Of a DNA stretch of 64,000 bases, positions 38,268 to 47,085 are shown piece after piece. A model generated the notes under the pieces. That model searched no databases. It saw nothing but the letters and a program-made list of their open reading frames with translations, and was not told the origin of the DNA. Position 1 is the first letter of the stretch, and each line of letters starts with the position of its first letter. The stretch is taken from positions 1 to 64,000 of the IMG/VR virus record IMGVR_UViG_3300035070_003385; one strand, given 5' to 3'. This DNA is from a virus. The position numbers and the translations under genes are program-made.

Positions 38268-39074
38268 ATGCCATTTAATATAAACGAATTTAAAAGTACT
38301 ATGAATAAGTACGGCGGCCCTGCGCGAAAAAACTTATACGTTGTTGAAATAATGAATGGGCCCGTGCAATCAGATGGCATGACAATGCAAGATCTCAGAT
38401 TTTTTTGTCAAACCGCTACAATTCCTGGTTTAAATTATACGGTAGCTGATTATTATCCAAATGCGTTTGGTGTAAAACAATCAATCCCAACAGCTGTTAC
38501 ACCTGACCAATTCAATGCAGTATTTATGCTAGACTCGGATCACATGGTGCTTCGGTTTTTTCATCAATGGATGCAATCTGTAATTAATTACAATTACTCA
38601 GACGGACCTTTTTCACAAATAAACGGGCAGCTGCCCTATGAGGTTGGATATAAAAAAGATTTTGCTTGTAACATAATAATTAAGCACTATAGTACTGACG
38701 GCGCAGATGGTATACCAAAATATTATGAATACACATTGTATGATGCATTCCCAACGCAGGTAAGCGGCGTTGATGTATCCTGGGCAGACAACGATTCTTT
38801 TGCAACTTCTACAGTTAACTTTACATATGCTCATATGTCAGTGTCAAGTTCAAGACAAGGTATTCCGACTGAAAGGTTTGCGCGAGGTACTGGCTTTGTA
38901 GAATATGTAAATACTTTAGGATCAAATGCCCAGGTAATTGGGCAGGGTAATTTACCAATTTCAGTTCAAGATTCAATAAATGCATTTACTAAACTTGGTA
39001 ACTTGAAAAATAACATAAATAATTCGTTTTCGCAAATCAAATCTGGACTAAACGGTTTGCGAAATATATTTTAA
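38268..39074 (+). CDS. Tail tube initiator/tube-family protein (gp54/gp19 family)
   Basis: GGPARKNLYVV, LRFFCQTATIPG, LYDAFPTQVSGVDVSW. Confidence 0.75.
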   Translation: MPFNINEFKSTMNKYGGPARKNLYVVEIMNGPVQSDGMTMQDLRFFCQTATIPGLNYTVADYYPNAFGVKQSIPTAVTPDQFNAVFMLDSDHMVLRFFHQWMQSVINYNYSDGPFSQINGQLPYEVGYKKDFACNIIIKHYSTDGADGIPKYYEYTLYDAFPTQVSGVDVSWADNDSFATSTVNFTYAHMSVSSSRQGIPTERFARGTGFVEYVNTLGSNAQVIGQGNLPISVQDSINAFTKLGNLKNNINNSFSQIKSGLNGLRNIF

Positions 39075-39092
39075 TTGAGGAGATAATACACA

Positions 39093-39794
39093 ATGCCACT
39101 ACCAAAGATTGACATGCCGATATATGAGCTTTCGTTACCATCTAATGATAAAAAAGTTAAGTATCGGCCTTTTACAGTAAAAGAAGAAAAAATTCTTTTA
39201 ATTGCTCAAGAATCAAAAGACACAGAACAAATTATAAGTTCAATTAAACAAATTGTAAATAACTGCCTGCTTGAAGATAGTATTGATTCTTTATCACTTG
39301 TTGATTTAGAATACTTATTAATATCAATTCGTTCCAAGTCTGTTGATAATATTGTAAAGTTTAAAATAGAAGACCCAGACACTGAAGAATCAATTGAATT
39401 AGAATTAGATTTAACACAAGTAAAAATTGAAAAACCAGAGAACCATACAAACCAAATTGAAGTATCAAAAGATTATGTATTGTTTTTAAAATACCCTACG
39501 GCTGAAGACTTTTTTGTTCTTTTAAACGAGGATAAGTCTGAAACCGAAAGAAATTACGATATCATGCTTTGCTGTTTAGACAAATTAGCATCAAAAGAAG
39601 ATGTGTTTAACTTTAAAGATTTTAATAAAAAAGAAGTTGACGACTTTATCGAAAGTTTACATAACGACGTTGTGAAAAAAATGAAAGAGTTTTTTGACAC
39701 GATACCAAAAGTAAGACATGAAGTTGAATACGTAAATAAAAACGGTGATAACAAAACCTTTGTAATACAAGGAACCCAAACTTTTTTTATCTGA
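39093..39794 (+). CDS. gp26: Baseplate hub subunit/assembly chaperone gp26
   Basis: MPLPKIDMPIYELSLPS...KYRPFTVKEEKILLIAQES. Confidence 0.9.
   Translation: MPLPKIDMPIYELSLPSNDKKVKYRPFTVKEEKILLIAQESKDTEQIISSIKQIVNNCLLEDSIDSLSLVDLEYLLISIRSKSVDNIVKFKIEDPDTEESIELELDLTQVKIEKPENHTNQIEVSKDYVLFLKYPTAEDFFVLLNEDKSETERNYDIMLCCLDKLASKEDVFNFKDFNKKEVDDFIESLHNDVVKKMKEFFDTIPKVRHEVEYVNKNGDNKTFVIQGTQTFFI
39782..39788 (+). promoter_or_regulatory. Candidate -1 ribosomal slippery heptamer T TTT TTT
   Basis: In gp26 frame ACT TTT TTT ATC TGA; the -1 frame is open into gp51. Confidence 0.55.
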
Positions 39795-39967
39795 TGTTGA
39801 GCCATACGAACCTTTCGATTTATTATGATAAAATTTTTGGAATGGTTCAACATCATAAATATTCGGTCGATGAATTAGAAAAAATGATACCTTTTGAAAG
39901 AGATTTGTATTTTGATATGTTAATTAATTTTATAAAGCAACAAGAAGAAAAGCAAAGAAGAAAATAA
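39794..39967 (+). CDS. gp51: Baseplate hub assembly protein gp51-like (57 aa; not in ORF track)
   Basis: MLSHTNLSIYYDKIFGMVQHHKYSVDELEKMIPFERDLYFDMLINFIKQQEEKQRRK*; TGATG overlap with gp26. Confidence 0.85.
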   Translation: MLSHTNLSIYYDKIFGMVQHHKYSVDELEKMIPFERDLYFDMLINFIKQQEEKQRRK

Positions 39968-42451
39968 ATGGCAACGTTTGAAGATCTTAAAATTGTATTA
40001 GACTCTATTGATATTAACATATCGCAGCAAGGTGCTATGTTATCTTCTATGGTGCAAATTGATAATCGGCAAGTTGATTTGCTTGCCGAACAAAATAGTA
40101 TGCTGCAGAAAATGTTATCGGCACAGGAAAGAGCAACAACCTTAGGGGATGCTAGTAGGGCGTCTGTAAGCCCACAGCCAATGGGTCAATCATCTTCGAG
40201 CGGATCCCCTGCAGCTGCGCCAAGCAATGCTAGTAAGGGTGGTTTTAGTCTTGGCAAAGGCCTTGGTATAGGTGCTGCCGGGATCGGCCTTGCAAAGGGG
40301 GCTAGCGGGTTAGCCATGATGGGTCTCGGCCTATCAGCATTTTTTGGTGGTTTAGTTGCTGGTGATGCTACTTTGGGTTGGCTTGAATCGATGGGAGCTA
40401 GTTTTAAATTCGACAATTTAAAATCTGCAGCATTGGGTTTTTCAGATATGATTGTTGGAATGGATCCCAAATCATTTATTGTTCTCGGCGGTATCATGGG
40501 TATATCTGCCATTGGTGGTAAGAAAGCTGCAATTGGATTAGGATCTATGGGATTTGCTATATCAGCATTTCTCGGCGGTCTTATGGCTGGAGATTTAATA
40601 TTTAGTGGTGTATCAGCTCTTGGCGGCGATATGAAATTTTCTTCTATGAAAGAAGTTATGTCAGGGTTCTCTGATATGATTTTAGAAATTGATCCTAAAG
40701 CCCTTGCAGTTCTTGGCGGTATTATGGGTATAAGTGCTTTAGCAGGTTTAAAGGGTGGTACGAGTGCTGCCGTTGGTTTAGGTGCTATGGGCGCAGGCAT
40801 TTCTGGTTTCTTAGGCGGATTGTTAGCCGGGGATCTATTATTCAGCGGCGTTTCTGCATTGGGTGGTGATATAAACTTTTCATCACTAAAAACAGTAATG
40901 GGCGGTTTCTCTGATGTAATTGGTGAATTGACGCCAGGCGCAATAACGGCTATGGTAGGTATACTTGGTGCTGCAACTGGAGCAGCTGTATTTGGGCGAG
41001 GATCTGGTGTAGCTGCAGCAACTCGAGTTGCCGGCACAATGACAGGAATTGGTGCAGGTATAGCAGGATTAATGCTTGGATTAGGTGTTGGCGGTGCTGG
41101 CCTAGACTGGCTCAATTCTGCAGTAGGGTTTTCAGGTGGTGGATTACCAACAGCTTTTAAAATGTTTAGTGATGCTATTGGCGAATTAACAATAGATGGA
41201 ACGGCGGCATTAGTAGGAATTTTAGGAGTTGGAGGTCTTGCAGCTGTATTTGGAAGCGGAACTGGTATAGGTGCGGCAACTCGAGTTACAACTATAATGG
41301 CCGGTATCGGTGCAGGTATATCCGGTTTAATGATAGGTCTTACAGCTGGCGACAAGACAATGTCTTGGATGAGCTCATTAAAATCAGGCAGTGGTGGATT
41401 AGTTAATGCGTTTAAAATGTTTAATGATTCTATCGGTGAATTAAATAACGAAAATTCTATTACTGCCCTCGTTGGAATACTAGGAGCTGGCGTAGGATTA
41501 GGAACACTCTTAGGAGTGGCTGGATCTCCAGCTGCTGCAGTAATGGCGGGTGTTGGTATATTTGCTATAATGACTGCTATCGGCGCAGGCATTTCTGGAT
41601 TAATGATAGGTCTTACGCTCGGAGATGTTGGCTTATCTTGGTTGGAAAAATTAAAAGGAAGTGGCGGCGGAGGATTAGTTAATGCATTTAAAATGTTTAG
41701 TAATTCTATTACTGCGATAACTCCAGACGCACTTAAAAGATTAACTGAAATTTCTAAATTAAACCTTGGATCTGGTATTAGCGATTTAGTATCAGCTGTT
41801 ACAAATTTTTTCGCAATAGATGTTAAAGAAGGCGTTGGCGACAGAGTAAGGGGGTTTTTCACTTCATTGTTTGGTGGAACAGTTGAAAAAGAAAGCATTA
41901 TATCAAAATTAATCAATGAATTTGAGCCATTAACTGGATCGAAAGGTAATGAATTAGTAACAGGAATGGAAAGATTTGCGATGGCGTTAGAACCATTGGC
42001 TAATGCGCTATCAACATTAAGTGGTATTGATCCAGGCTCTATTAATTTTAGAGAAATTTCTAAAAACTTGGCTGAAACTATTCCTATATTTAATCATCTA
42101 GCAAACGGTGGAGTTTACGATCCTTCGTGGATGCCTGGTAATGCTATTAATTTTGGAGATGGAATTTTAGATCCAAAACTAAAATTAGATGAAGTTACAA
42201 GTAAAATAGCCAGCGCAAGAAATGCGATAGTTGGAATTATAGATAATGAAACTATGCAAGCTTTAAATTTGGTTAGCTCTGGAGCTGGTGCTGCAACCGG
42301 CGGTAATCAAATTACACTTGCGCCAGTCACAGTATCCCCAACAACAAATAACAGTGTACAAGGCGGATCTTCAAGTACTGTAATAAATTCTATCGGAAAA
42401 GGTAATACGTCTGATTTGGATCAATTTGCACGCCCGGGCGGTGTGCATTAA
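39968..42451 (+). CDS. gp29: Tail tape measure/baseplate hub gp29-like protein
   Basis: 827 aa of Gly/Ala-rich hydrophobic internal repeats (GLxxGDxxLxWL...FKMFSD), directly after gp26-gp51. Confidence 0.7.
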   Translation: MATFEDLKIVLDSIDINISQQGAMLSSMVQIDNRQVDLLAEQNSMLQKMLSAQERATTLGDASRASVSPQPMGQSSSSGSPAAAPSNASKGGFSLGKGLGIGAAGIGLAKGASGLAMMGLGLSAFFGGLVAGDATLGWLESMGASFKFDNLKSAALGFSDMIVGMDPKSFIVLGGIMGISAIGGKKAAIGLGSMGFAISAFLGGLMAGDLIFSGVSALGGDMKFSSMKEVMSGFSDMILEIDPKALAVLGGIMGISALAGLKGGTSAAVGLGAMGAGISGFLGGLLAGDLLFSGVSALGGDINFSSLKTVMGGFSDVIGELTPGAITAMVGILGAATGAAVFGRGSGVAAATRVAGTMTGIGAGIAGLMLGLGVGGAGLDWLNSAVGFSGGGLPTAFKMFSDAIGELTIDGTAALVGILGVGGLAAVFGSGTGIGAATRVTTIMAGIGAGISGLMIGLTAGDKTMSWMSSLKSGSGGLVNAFKMFNDSIGELNNENSITALVGILGAGVGLGTLLGVAGSPAAAVMAGVGIFAIMTAIGAGISGLMIGLTLGDVGLSWLEKLKGSGGGGLVNAFKMFSNSITAITPDALKRLTEISKLNLGSGISDLVSAVTNFFAIDVKEGVGDRVRGFFTSLFGGTVEKESIISKLINEFEPLTGSKGNELVTGMERFAMALEPLANALSTLSGIDPGSINFREISKNLAETIPIFNHLANGGVYDPSWMPGNAINFGDGILDPKLKLDEVTSKIASARNAIVGIIDNETMQALNLVSSGAGAATGGNQITLAPVTVSPTTNNSVQGGSSSTVINSIGKGNTSDLDQFARPGGVH

Positions 42452-42478
42452 AAAAGGGGAGCAATAAGCTCCCCTTTT
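42451..42478. terminator. Bidirectional rho-independent terminator
   Basis: AAAAGGGGAGC-AATAA-GCTCCCCTTTT between the convergent gp29 and hsp20 genes. Confidence 0.9.
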
Positions 42479-42483
42479 CAATT

Positions 42484-42927
42484 TTATTCCATAAGAAGTT
42501 CTGGACCTTTTGAAATAGGTATTTTCTTAGGCTTCTTTTCCTCAGGTATTACATTGTGTAGCTGCACTGTTAACATTCCTTGATTTAAGGAAACTCCAGT
42601 TACTTGCACTGTATCGGCAAGAGTAAACTTACGAACAAAGTTTCTTGCGGCAATGCCTTTATGCAAATAATTTGTTGAAGTATCTGATTCTTTAACATCT
42701 GCTTGGATGGTTAGGATACCATCGTGTAGCTCAATGTCAAAGTCATCTTCGTTAAAACCTGCGACGGCTACCTCAATAAGAAAGGTATCATCACTAGTTT
42801 TAATTAAATTGTAAGGTGGATAATTTGATATATTGGTCTGCGTATGATTTAGTTTATCAAGTATTGAGTCAAAACCAATAAAAAATGGATCGTTTAATAG
42901 ATCCGTGTTGAACCTACGAGTGTTCAT
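42484..42927 (-). CDS. hsp20: Small heat shock protein Hsp20 (IbpA-like)
   Basis: NYPPYNLIK...IEVAVAGF...YLHKGIAARNFVRKFTLAD...GMLTV. Confidence 0.95.
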   Translation of the reverse strand: MNTRRFNTDLLNDPFFIGFDSILDKLNHTQTNISNYPPYNLIKTSDDTFLIEVAVAGFNEDDFDIELHDGILTIQADVKESDTSTNYLHKGIAARNFVRKFTLADTVQVTGVSLNQGMLTVQLHNVIPEEKKPKKIPISKGPELLME

Positions 42928-42933
42928 ATCGTT

Positions 42934-42951
42934 CTCCTTATATTAAGCGAG
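42934..42951 (-). promoter_or_regulatory. ROSE-like RNA thermometer hairpin over the hsp20 SD
   Basis: mRNA CUCGCUUA-AUA-UAAGGAG: UCGCU pairs with AGGAG leaving a bulged G. Confidence 0.6.
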
Positions 42952-43015
42952 TATGTGAATTTGCCGTCAGTGACCGGCGATTAAAAAGTGGAGACCCAGG
43001 TGGCGCCTCCACTTA

Positions 43016-43047
43016 TATTTATATAATACTTTTATTGTAAATGTCAA
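43016..43047 (-). promoter_or_regulatory. Overlapping late (TATAAATA, 43016-43023) and sigma70-like (TTGACA, 43042-43047) promoters for hsp20
   Basis: Both motifs are read directly; the sigma70 spacing is imperfect (16 or 18 nt). Confidence 0.6.
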
Positions 43048-43074
43048 TAGCCAAATGAAAATTATTTTAGAAAA

Positions 43075-43293
43075 TTAATCTTTTTTAGAAACAAAAGAAT
43101 ACATTTCTTTAGCTTTTTCCATTAATTCTTCCATAGAATACATTTTGTAACTTTCTCTTATTTGTTCTGCGGTTTTTTTACCTTCATTCACCATGTTTTC
43201 AGCAAATTGAATATTCATATGGTATTGTTGGTCCATATATTCTTTTGCAAGCTGTAACATTTCTGCGCGGATTTCAAAAGGATTCTTATTCAT
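43075..43293 (-). CDS. Hypothetical protein (72 aa, helical)
   Basis: MNKNPFEIRAEMLQLAKEYM...; ATGA overlap with the upstream ORF. Confidence 0.8.
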   Translation of the reverse strand: MNKNPFEIRAEMLQLAKEYMDQQYHMNIQFAENMVNEGKKTAEQIRESYKMYSMEELMEKAKEMYSFVSKKD

Positions 43294-43502
43294 TGTTTGT
43301 CACCCTTTGCCAAGTTTTCGCCAGCAGCATTCTGAAAAGCAAAAAAAGTTTTCATTGCTTCTTTAGTAAATTCAGTTTGTAATTTGATAAAATCGTTAAG
43401 AGGTTTGGAAGTATTTTCGTCCTTGAACCATGTTTTTACAAATTCAGATTTTGAATTCTGAATTGTATCAATAAACATGTTTGTCATAAATTCGTTATTC
43501 AT
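43290..43502 (-). CDS. Hypothetical amphipathic helical protein (possibly phasin-like)
   Basis: AGGAG SD and sigma70 promoter upstream; the phasin resemblance is weak. Confidence 0.7.
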   Translation of the reverse strand: MNNEFMTNMFIDTIQNSKSEFVKTWFKDENTSKPLNDFIKLQTEFTKEAMKTFFAFQNAAGENLAKGDKQ

Positions 43503-43550
43503 TTTAGTTCTCCTGTGTGTGTTGTGTTTAAATTGAGCTTTTATATTAAT

Positions 43551-43579
43551 AATATATCTGATTCTATATAAAATGTCAA
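43551..43579 (-). promoter_or_regulatory. Early sigma70-type promoter
   Basis: TTGACA-N17-TATATT. Confidence 0.8.
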
Positions 43580-43607
43580 TATAATTTACGTGGATTTTTT
43601 AAAATAT

Positions 43608-44093
43608 TTACGCATCCTCTGCCACGTCATCGGATGGTAATTTTGTAATTTCTGAAATCGAATATGTTAGCATTTTCTCAAGCTGACCAAGAGCAATGTT
43701 TTCACCAGTTTCAATAACAGAAACACCGTCTGTAATATTTGTAATCATTACATGTAATTCTTCATTTAATCCAGATCTAATTAATTCAACACCATTTGAA
43801 AGTACCAAACCTTTTTCATTTGATACGTCAGGATCTGAATATAATTTTAATACGCAATCCGACGGAACATCAAATGTCAAACCAGTTGGTATTAAAATTC
43901 TTTGTTGTGGATATACTTGAACACATGTTTTTCCACGGTATATTTTTGTTGGTGTATAGGTTTTTTTGTTTAAAGGATTAATTAAACGTACTTTACTGTT
44001 TGGTTCAAAACATGCTTTTAAATTAAAAATTGCATTTTCAGGCCTATCAAAAACTGGCTTTATTGCATTTTTATTTGCTCGAAAAACTTTCAT
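43608..44093 (-). CDS. dUTPase-fold protein with degenerate catalytic motifs (pseudo-dUTPase)
   Basis: RILIPTGL and KGLVLSNGVELI...GENIA layout match the trimeric dUTPase fold; the catalytic motifs are altered and motif 5 is absent. Confidence 0.75.
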   Translation of the reverse strand: MKVFRANKNAIKPVFDRPENAIFNLKACFEPNSKVRLINPLNKKTYTPTKIYRGKTCVQVYPQQRILIPTGLTFDVPSDCVLKLYSDPDVSNEKGLVLSNGVELIRSGLNEELHVMITNITDGVSVIETGENIALGQLEKMLTYSISEITKLPSDDVAEDA

Positions 44094-44109
44094 TATATAA
44101 TACTCCAGA

Positions 44110-44514
44110 TTATTTCTTTTTACCGATATTGTATTTAGGTTCCAGTTCCCAAGAACCTTTTTCTTTGTGCGATAATATTTTGATTTGACTTAAGGGGGCA
44201 ATCGGGGTTTCCGATTTCGCAGGATCTACAATTTCAAGAAGACCCCATTCTTCTAACAAATTAACAATAGTATTTCTTCTAGCACGGTCTTCTTCCGCGA
44301 ACGAATTTTCTTTACCGTCCAAAATAAAAAGTTCTTTAAAATGTACGATTGCATAAAAGCCTTGCTTGTGTAATATATGACAAGACTGATACAGTTTTTT
44401 TTCTTTTTTTGACGCTATCCCGATACGAGTCAAAGTTTCTTTTATTTTAAGAAAATTATCAGGATTTGGCAGTTTTAATTTTACTCCAACCCCTCTAAAC
44501 AAATCTCTTTCCAT
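44110..44514 (-). CDS. regA: Translational repressor RegA
   Basis: DNFLKIKETLTRIGIAS...LYQSCHILHKQG.YAIVHFKELF.LDG. Confidence 0.97.
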   Translation of the reverse strand: MERDLFRGVGVKLKLPNPDNFLKIKETLTRIGIASKKEKKLYQSCHILHKQGFYAIVHFKELFILDGKENSFAEEDRARRNTIVNLLEEWGLLEIVDPAKSETPIAPLSQIKILSHKEKGSWELEPKYNIGKKK

Positions 44515-44574
44515 AATGAGTTCACCTTTATTTTTTTTATTATTGTGATAATGCTCTCATTTAGACCATCTGAA

Positions 44575-44582
44575 TATTTATA
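44575..44582 (-). promoter_or_regulatory. Late promoter TATAAATA upstream of regA
   Basis: Exact motif just after the gp62 stop. Confidence 0.6.
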
Positions 44583-44583
44583 A

Positions 44584-44979
44584 TTATCCGCCTTTCTCTA
44601 ATTTTGTATGGATTGTTTTCAAATTTTCTTTAGTTAAAGTTTTAAGATACATTTTTGCGACTGTTCTATTTACTAAATATGTTTGCTGTATTACATCCAA
44701 GTCTTTATTCTTTTCAGCTTTATGCCATTTAGAAAATCGATTGCGTGGGCGTAGCATTCCTAAATAGTATCTATATTGAGCATCTTCAAATAAATGATGG
44801 CGCATATTCAATTCGTTTGCATGAAGAATAGTATCTTCAAAATATGAAAATCCGCGATTAATAATAAATGCATTATATTGTTTTTCAGTCTGTTGCGGGT
44901 AGTCAGAATCTAAAATTAAATCCTTTTTACTGTGTGAAACTGATTTAATAAAATCAAATGGAGTCAAATCCTTGGCCAT
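44584..44979 (-). CDS. gp62: Clamp loader small subunit gp62
   Basis: YNAFIINRGFSYFEDTILHANELN...LRPRNRFSKW; synteny gp45-gp44-gp62-regA. Confidence 0.9.
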   Translation of the reverse strand: MAKDLTPFDFIKSVSHSKKDLILDSDYPQQTEKQYNAFIINRGFSYFEDTILHANELNMRHHLFEDAQYRYYLGMLRPRNRFSKWHKAEKNKDLDVIQQTYLVNRTVAKMYLKTLTKENLKTIHTKLEKGG

Positions 44980-45151
44980 ACGCCCTATCCTTTAAATCTG
45001 CGAGTTCATCAAAAGTTTTTGAACATTCACCACACATAGTCGCGGTATGTACACCATCAGCCGATGAATATTGAAGAGTGAAAGAATTATCGGCTGATAA
45101 ATTTACCTTACAGAAAAAACATTCTTTTACCTTTTTCTTTAGAAATTTCAC
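44954..45151 (-). CDS. Small zinc-finger-like protein
   Basis: CFFC...CGEC; inserted between gp44 and gp62. Confidence 0.65.
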   Translation of the reverse strand: MKFLKKKVKECFFCKVNLSADNSFTLQYSSADGVHTATMCGECSKTFDELADLKDRAYGQGFDSI

Positions 45152-46101
45152 TTGTAACTCGATTCAAACATTACTTCAGTTAAAAACGCAATCATATTAA
45201 TTTCTGTATCCGCAACAAAATGAGCTTTATACATATAATCAGCAAGTGTTACAATAAATCCTGGTAAACTTTTAAGTTCAACTTTATTCGTTGCGGTATC
45301 ATATATGTGGCGAAACATTTCGTTAGTATCTTGGTCACTGTTGTCCGCGCACCACTTACGCATTCCAGTAAAATTTTTTTCTTTTAACATAATGAACAGC
45401 TGTTCAATAGATTCTTCCTTTAGGTTTGTAAAAATACCTTCATCAATACGACCAGACGCAGCATATGTTTGAAGCTCAGTAAGCACGCGTCGGAAATCCG
45501 GAAAATGCTTTTCAATTACCTTTGCAACAACTGTTTTATCGTGATTAATGTTTTCTTGTTCTAAAATAGAAAGAACACGTTTATAGAATTGCGCTGCCAT
45601 TTTTGGCCTGTCGCTTTTTTCGATAGAAAAGTCTATTTCTGATAAACGAGAACGGAGTGGTTCAATAATACGATTTTTAAAATTACACGTAAAAATAAAT
45701 CCGCAATTCTTGGAATATTCTTCAATAAAATTGCGAAGAGCTGGCTGGACAGTTGTGGCGTTTAGATAATCAGCCTCGTCAAGAATAACAAATTTACGTC
45801 CACCCGTAAAAGATACAGATGAAGCAAATGTAGAAATTTCATATCGAAGAGTATCGATACTTACGTTTAATGATCCGTTCTTTACGATATAGTCACAACC
45901 TAGTTCGTTCAGCATTGCTTTTGCAACAGTTGTTTTACCCATACCTGGTCCGCCAGTGAGTAATAGGTTTGGCATATTATCGTCAGCAACAAACTTTTTA
46001 AAAATGTCTTTTGTTTTTTGTGGAAGAATTGTTTCTTCAATTGTATTTGGGCGATACCCTTCGACCCAAAGTACTTCATCAGCTTTTTTGTTCAGTGTCA
46101 T
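45148..46101 (-). CDS. gp44: Clamp loader large subunit gp44 (AAA+)
   Basis: LWVEGYRP, GGPGMGKTT Walker A, VILDEAD, SRL. Confidence 0.96.
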   Translation of the reverse strand: MTLNKKADEVLWVEGYRPNTIEETILPQKTKDIFKKFVADDNMPNLLLTGGPGMGKTTVAKAMLNELGCDYIVKNGSLNVSIDTLRYEISTFASSVSFTGGRKFVILDEADYLNATTVQPALRNFIEEYSKNCGFIFTCNFKNRIIEPLRSRLSEIDFSIEKSDRPKMAAQFYKRVLSILEQENINHDKTVVAKVIEKHFPDFRRVLTELQTYAASGRIDEGIFTNLKEESIEQLFIMLKEKNFTGMRKWCADNSDQDTNEMFRHIYDTATNKVELKSLPGFIVTLADYMYKAHFVADTEINMIAFLTEVMFESSYK

Positions 46102-46130
46102 TCATAACCTCAAGAAATTTCATAATGTAA

Positions 46131-46164
46131 AATCAAGGCTGTTCAATTAAGAACTACCTTGATT
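46131..46164 (-). terminator. Stem-loop upstream of gp44 (terminator or leader hairpin)
   Basis: AATCAAGG..GTTC-loop-GAAC..CCTTGATT, followed by a short U-run on the minus strand. Confidence 0.45.
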
Positions 46165-46200
46165 TATATAATATACCACTTTCACCAGTTTGTATATAGT

Positions 46201-46386
46201 TTATTTTGTTTTTGGATTGTCTGAAACATTATTGGTTTCTTGCTTTGCATAAGAATCTAACTTATCTCGGATTGCTCCGACAGCTGACAATTCACTACCT
46301 TCGATAGCTCCTCTTTTTACACAAATGTCAATAATTGCAATAACGTTATTAATATCCTGTGGTGTAATTTCAATCTTATCTGCCAT
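46201..46386 (-). CDS. Hypothetical protein (61 aa)
   Basis: Coupled to the gp45 stop (TAATG). Confidence 0.75.
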   Translation of the reverse strand: MADKIEITPQDINNVIAIIDICVKRGAIEGSELSAVGAIRDKLDSYAKQETNNVSDNPKTK

Positions 46387-47054
46387 TATTCACCTTTTTC
46401 ATATGTTGATTTTGTATCAATGCCAACATAATAAGATACATCAGCTCCTTTAAAATATGAAATTCCTTTAGCGCACAAAGTTATTTCATAATCCTGAGGT
46501 AGCAATTTGAGATTGTCGGTTTTAATGATAATAGTAAACTTATCATTTGTTGTGCCAATTTCAATACCATATGCATCGGCTGTTGGATTTTTACTATCAA
46601 TTGCTCGAAGAAAACATTTCCCATCTTCGCCAACAAACGCAATTTCCTCAAACTGTAAAACTCCAGCTGCTTTTAATACGGATTGGAAATCATCCCATAT
46701 AACATTTACCTTTACATCCTCAGAAGGAATAGATAATTCTTTTTCTGGTGGGGCAATAACCATAGATGGATCTGCATAGACGTATTTTGTTTTTTTCTTA
46801 TTTCCTTCAGAAATAGTAAAAAATTTATCGTTAAATTGAATATCCGGATCTTGGTGAAGGCTTAAAATTGAAAGGAATCTTGAAAGATCATAAACAACAG
46901 CTTGAGATGGAATTTCGTCTTCAAGATTTGCGATTGCGATTAAGGTTTTTTCGGGTGTTACAGTTTTCAATACATTGCCTGGCTTCATAATAATTGATTT
47001 ATTAATTGTTGCAAAGCTTTTGAGAATAGTTAAAGTACGGTCAGATAGTTTCAT
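46386..47054 (-). CDS. gp45: Sliding clamp gp45
   Basis: MKLSDRTLTILKSFATINKSI...YDLSRFLS...YADPS; start at 47054 with AGGAG SD. Confidence 0.95.
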   Translation of the reverse strand: MKLSDRTLTILKSFATINKSIIMKPGNVLKTVTPEKTLIAIANLEDEIPSQAVVYDLSRFLSILSLHQDPDIQFNDKFFTISEGNKKKTKYVYADPSMVIAPPEKELSIPSEDVKVNVIWDDFQSVLKAAGVLQFEEIAFVGEDGKCFLRAIDSKNPTADAYGIEIGTTNDKFTIIIKTDNLKLLPQDYEITLCAKGISYFKGADVSYYVGIDTKSTYEKGE

Positions 47055-47085
47055 TATATAGTTTCTCCTGGTTGTCATTAATATA

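Noticed and set aside
40186-41916. 576-aa minus-strand ORF antisense to the tape-measure gene
   Set aside because: Antisense shadow of Gly/Ala-rich repeats, Pro/Ile-rich with no recognisable domain, and opposite a well-supported gene.
42960-43015. tRNA-like structure upstream of hsp20
   Set aside because: Only simple hairpins; no cloverleaf, T-loop (GTTCRA) or CCA. No tRNA or rRNA genes were recognised anywhere in the window.
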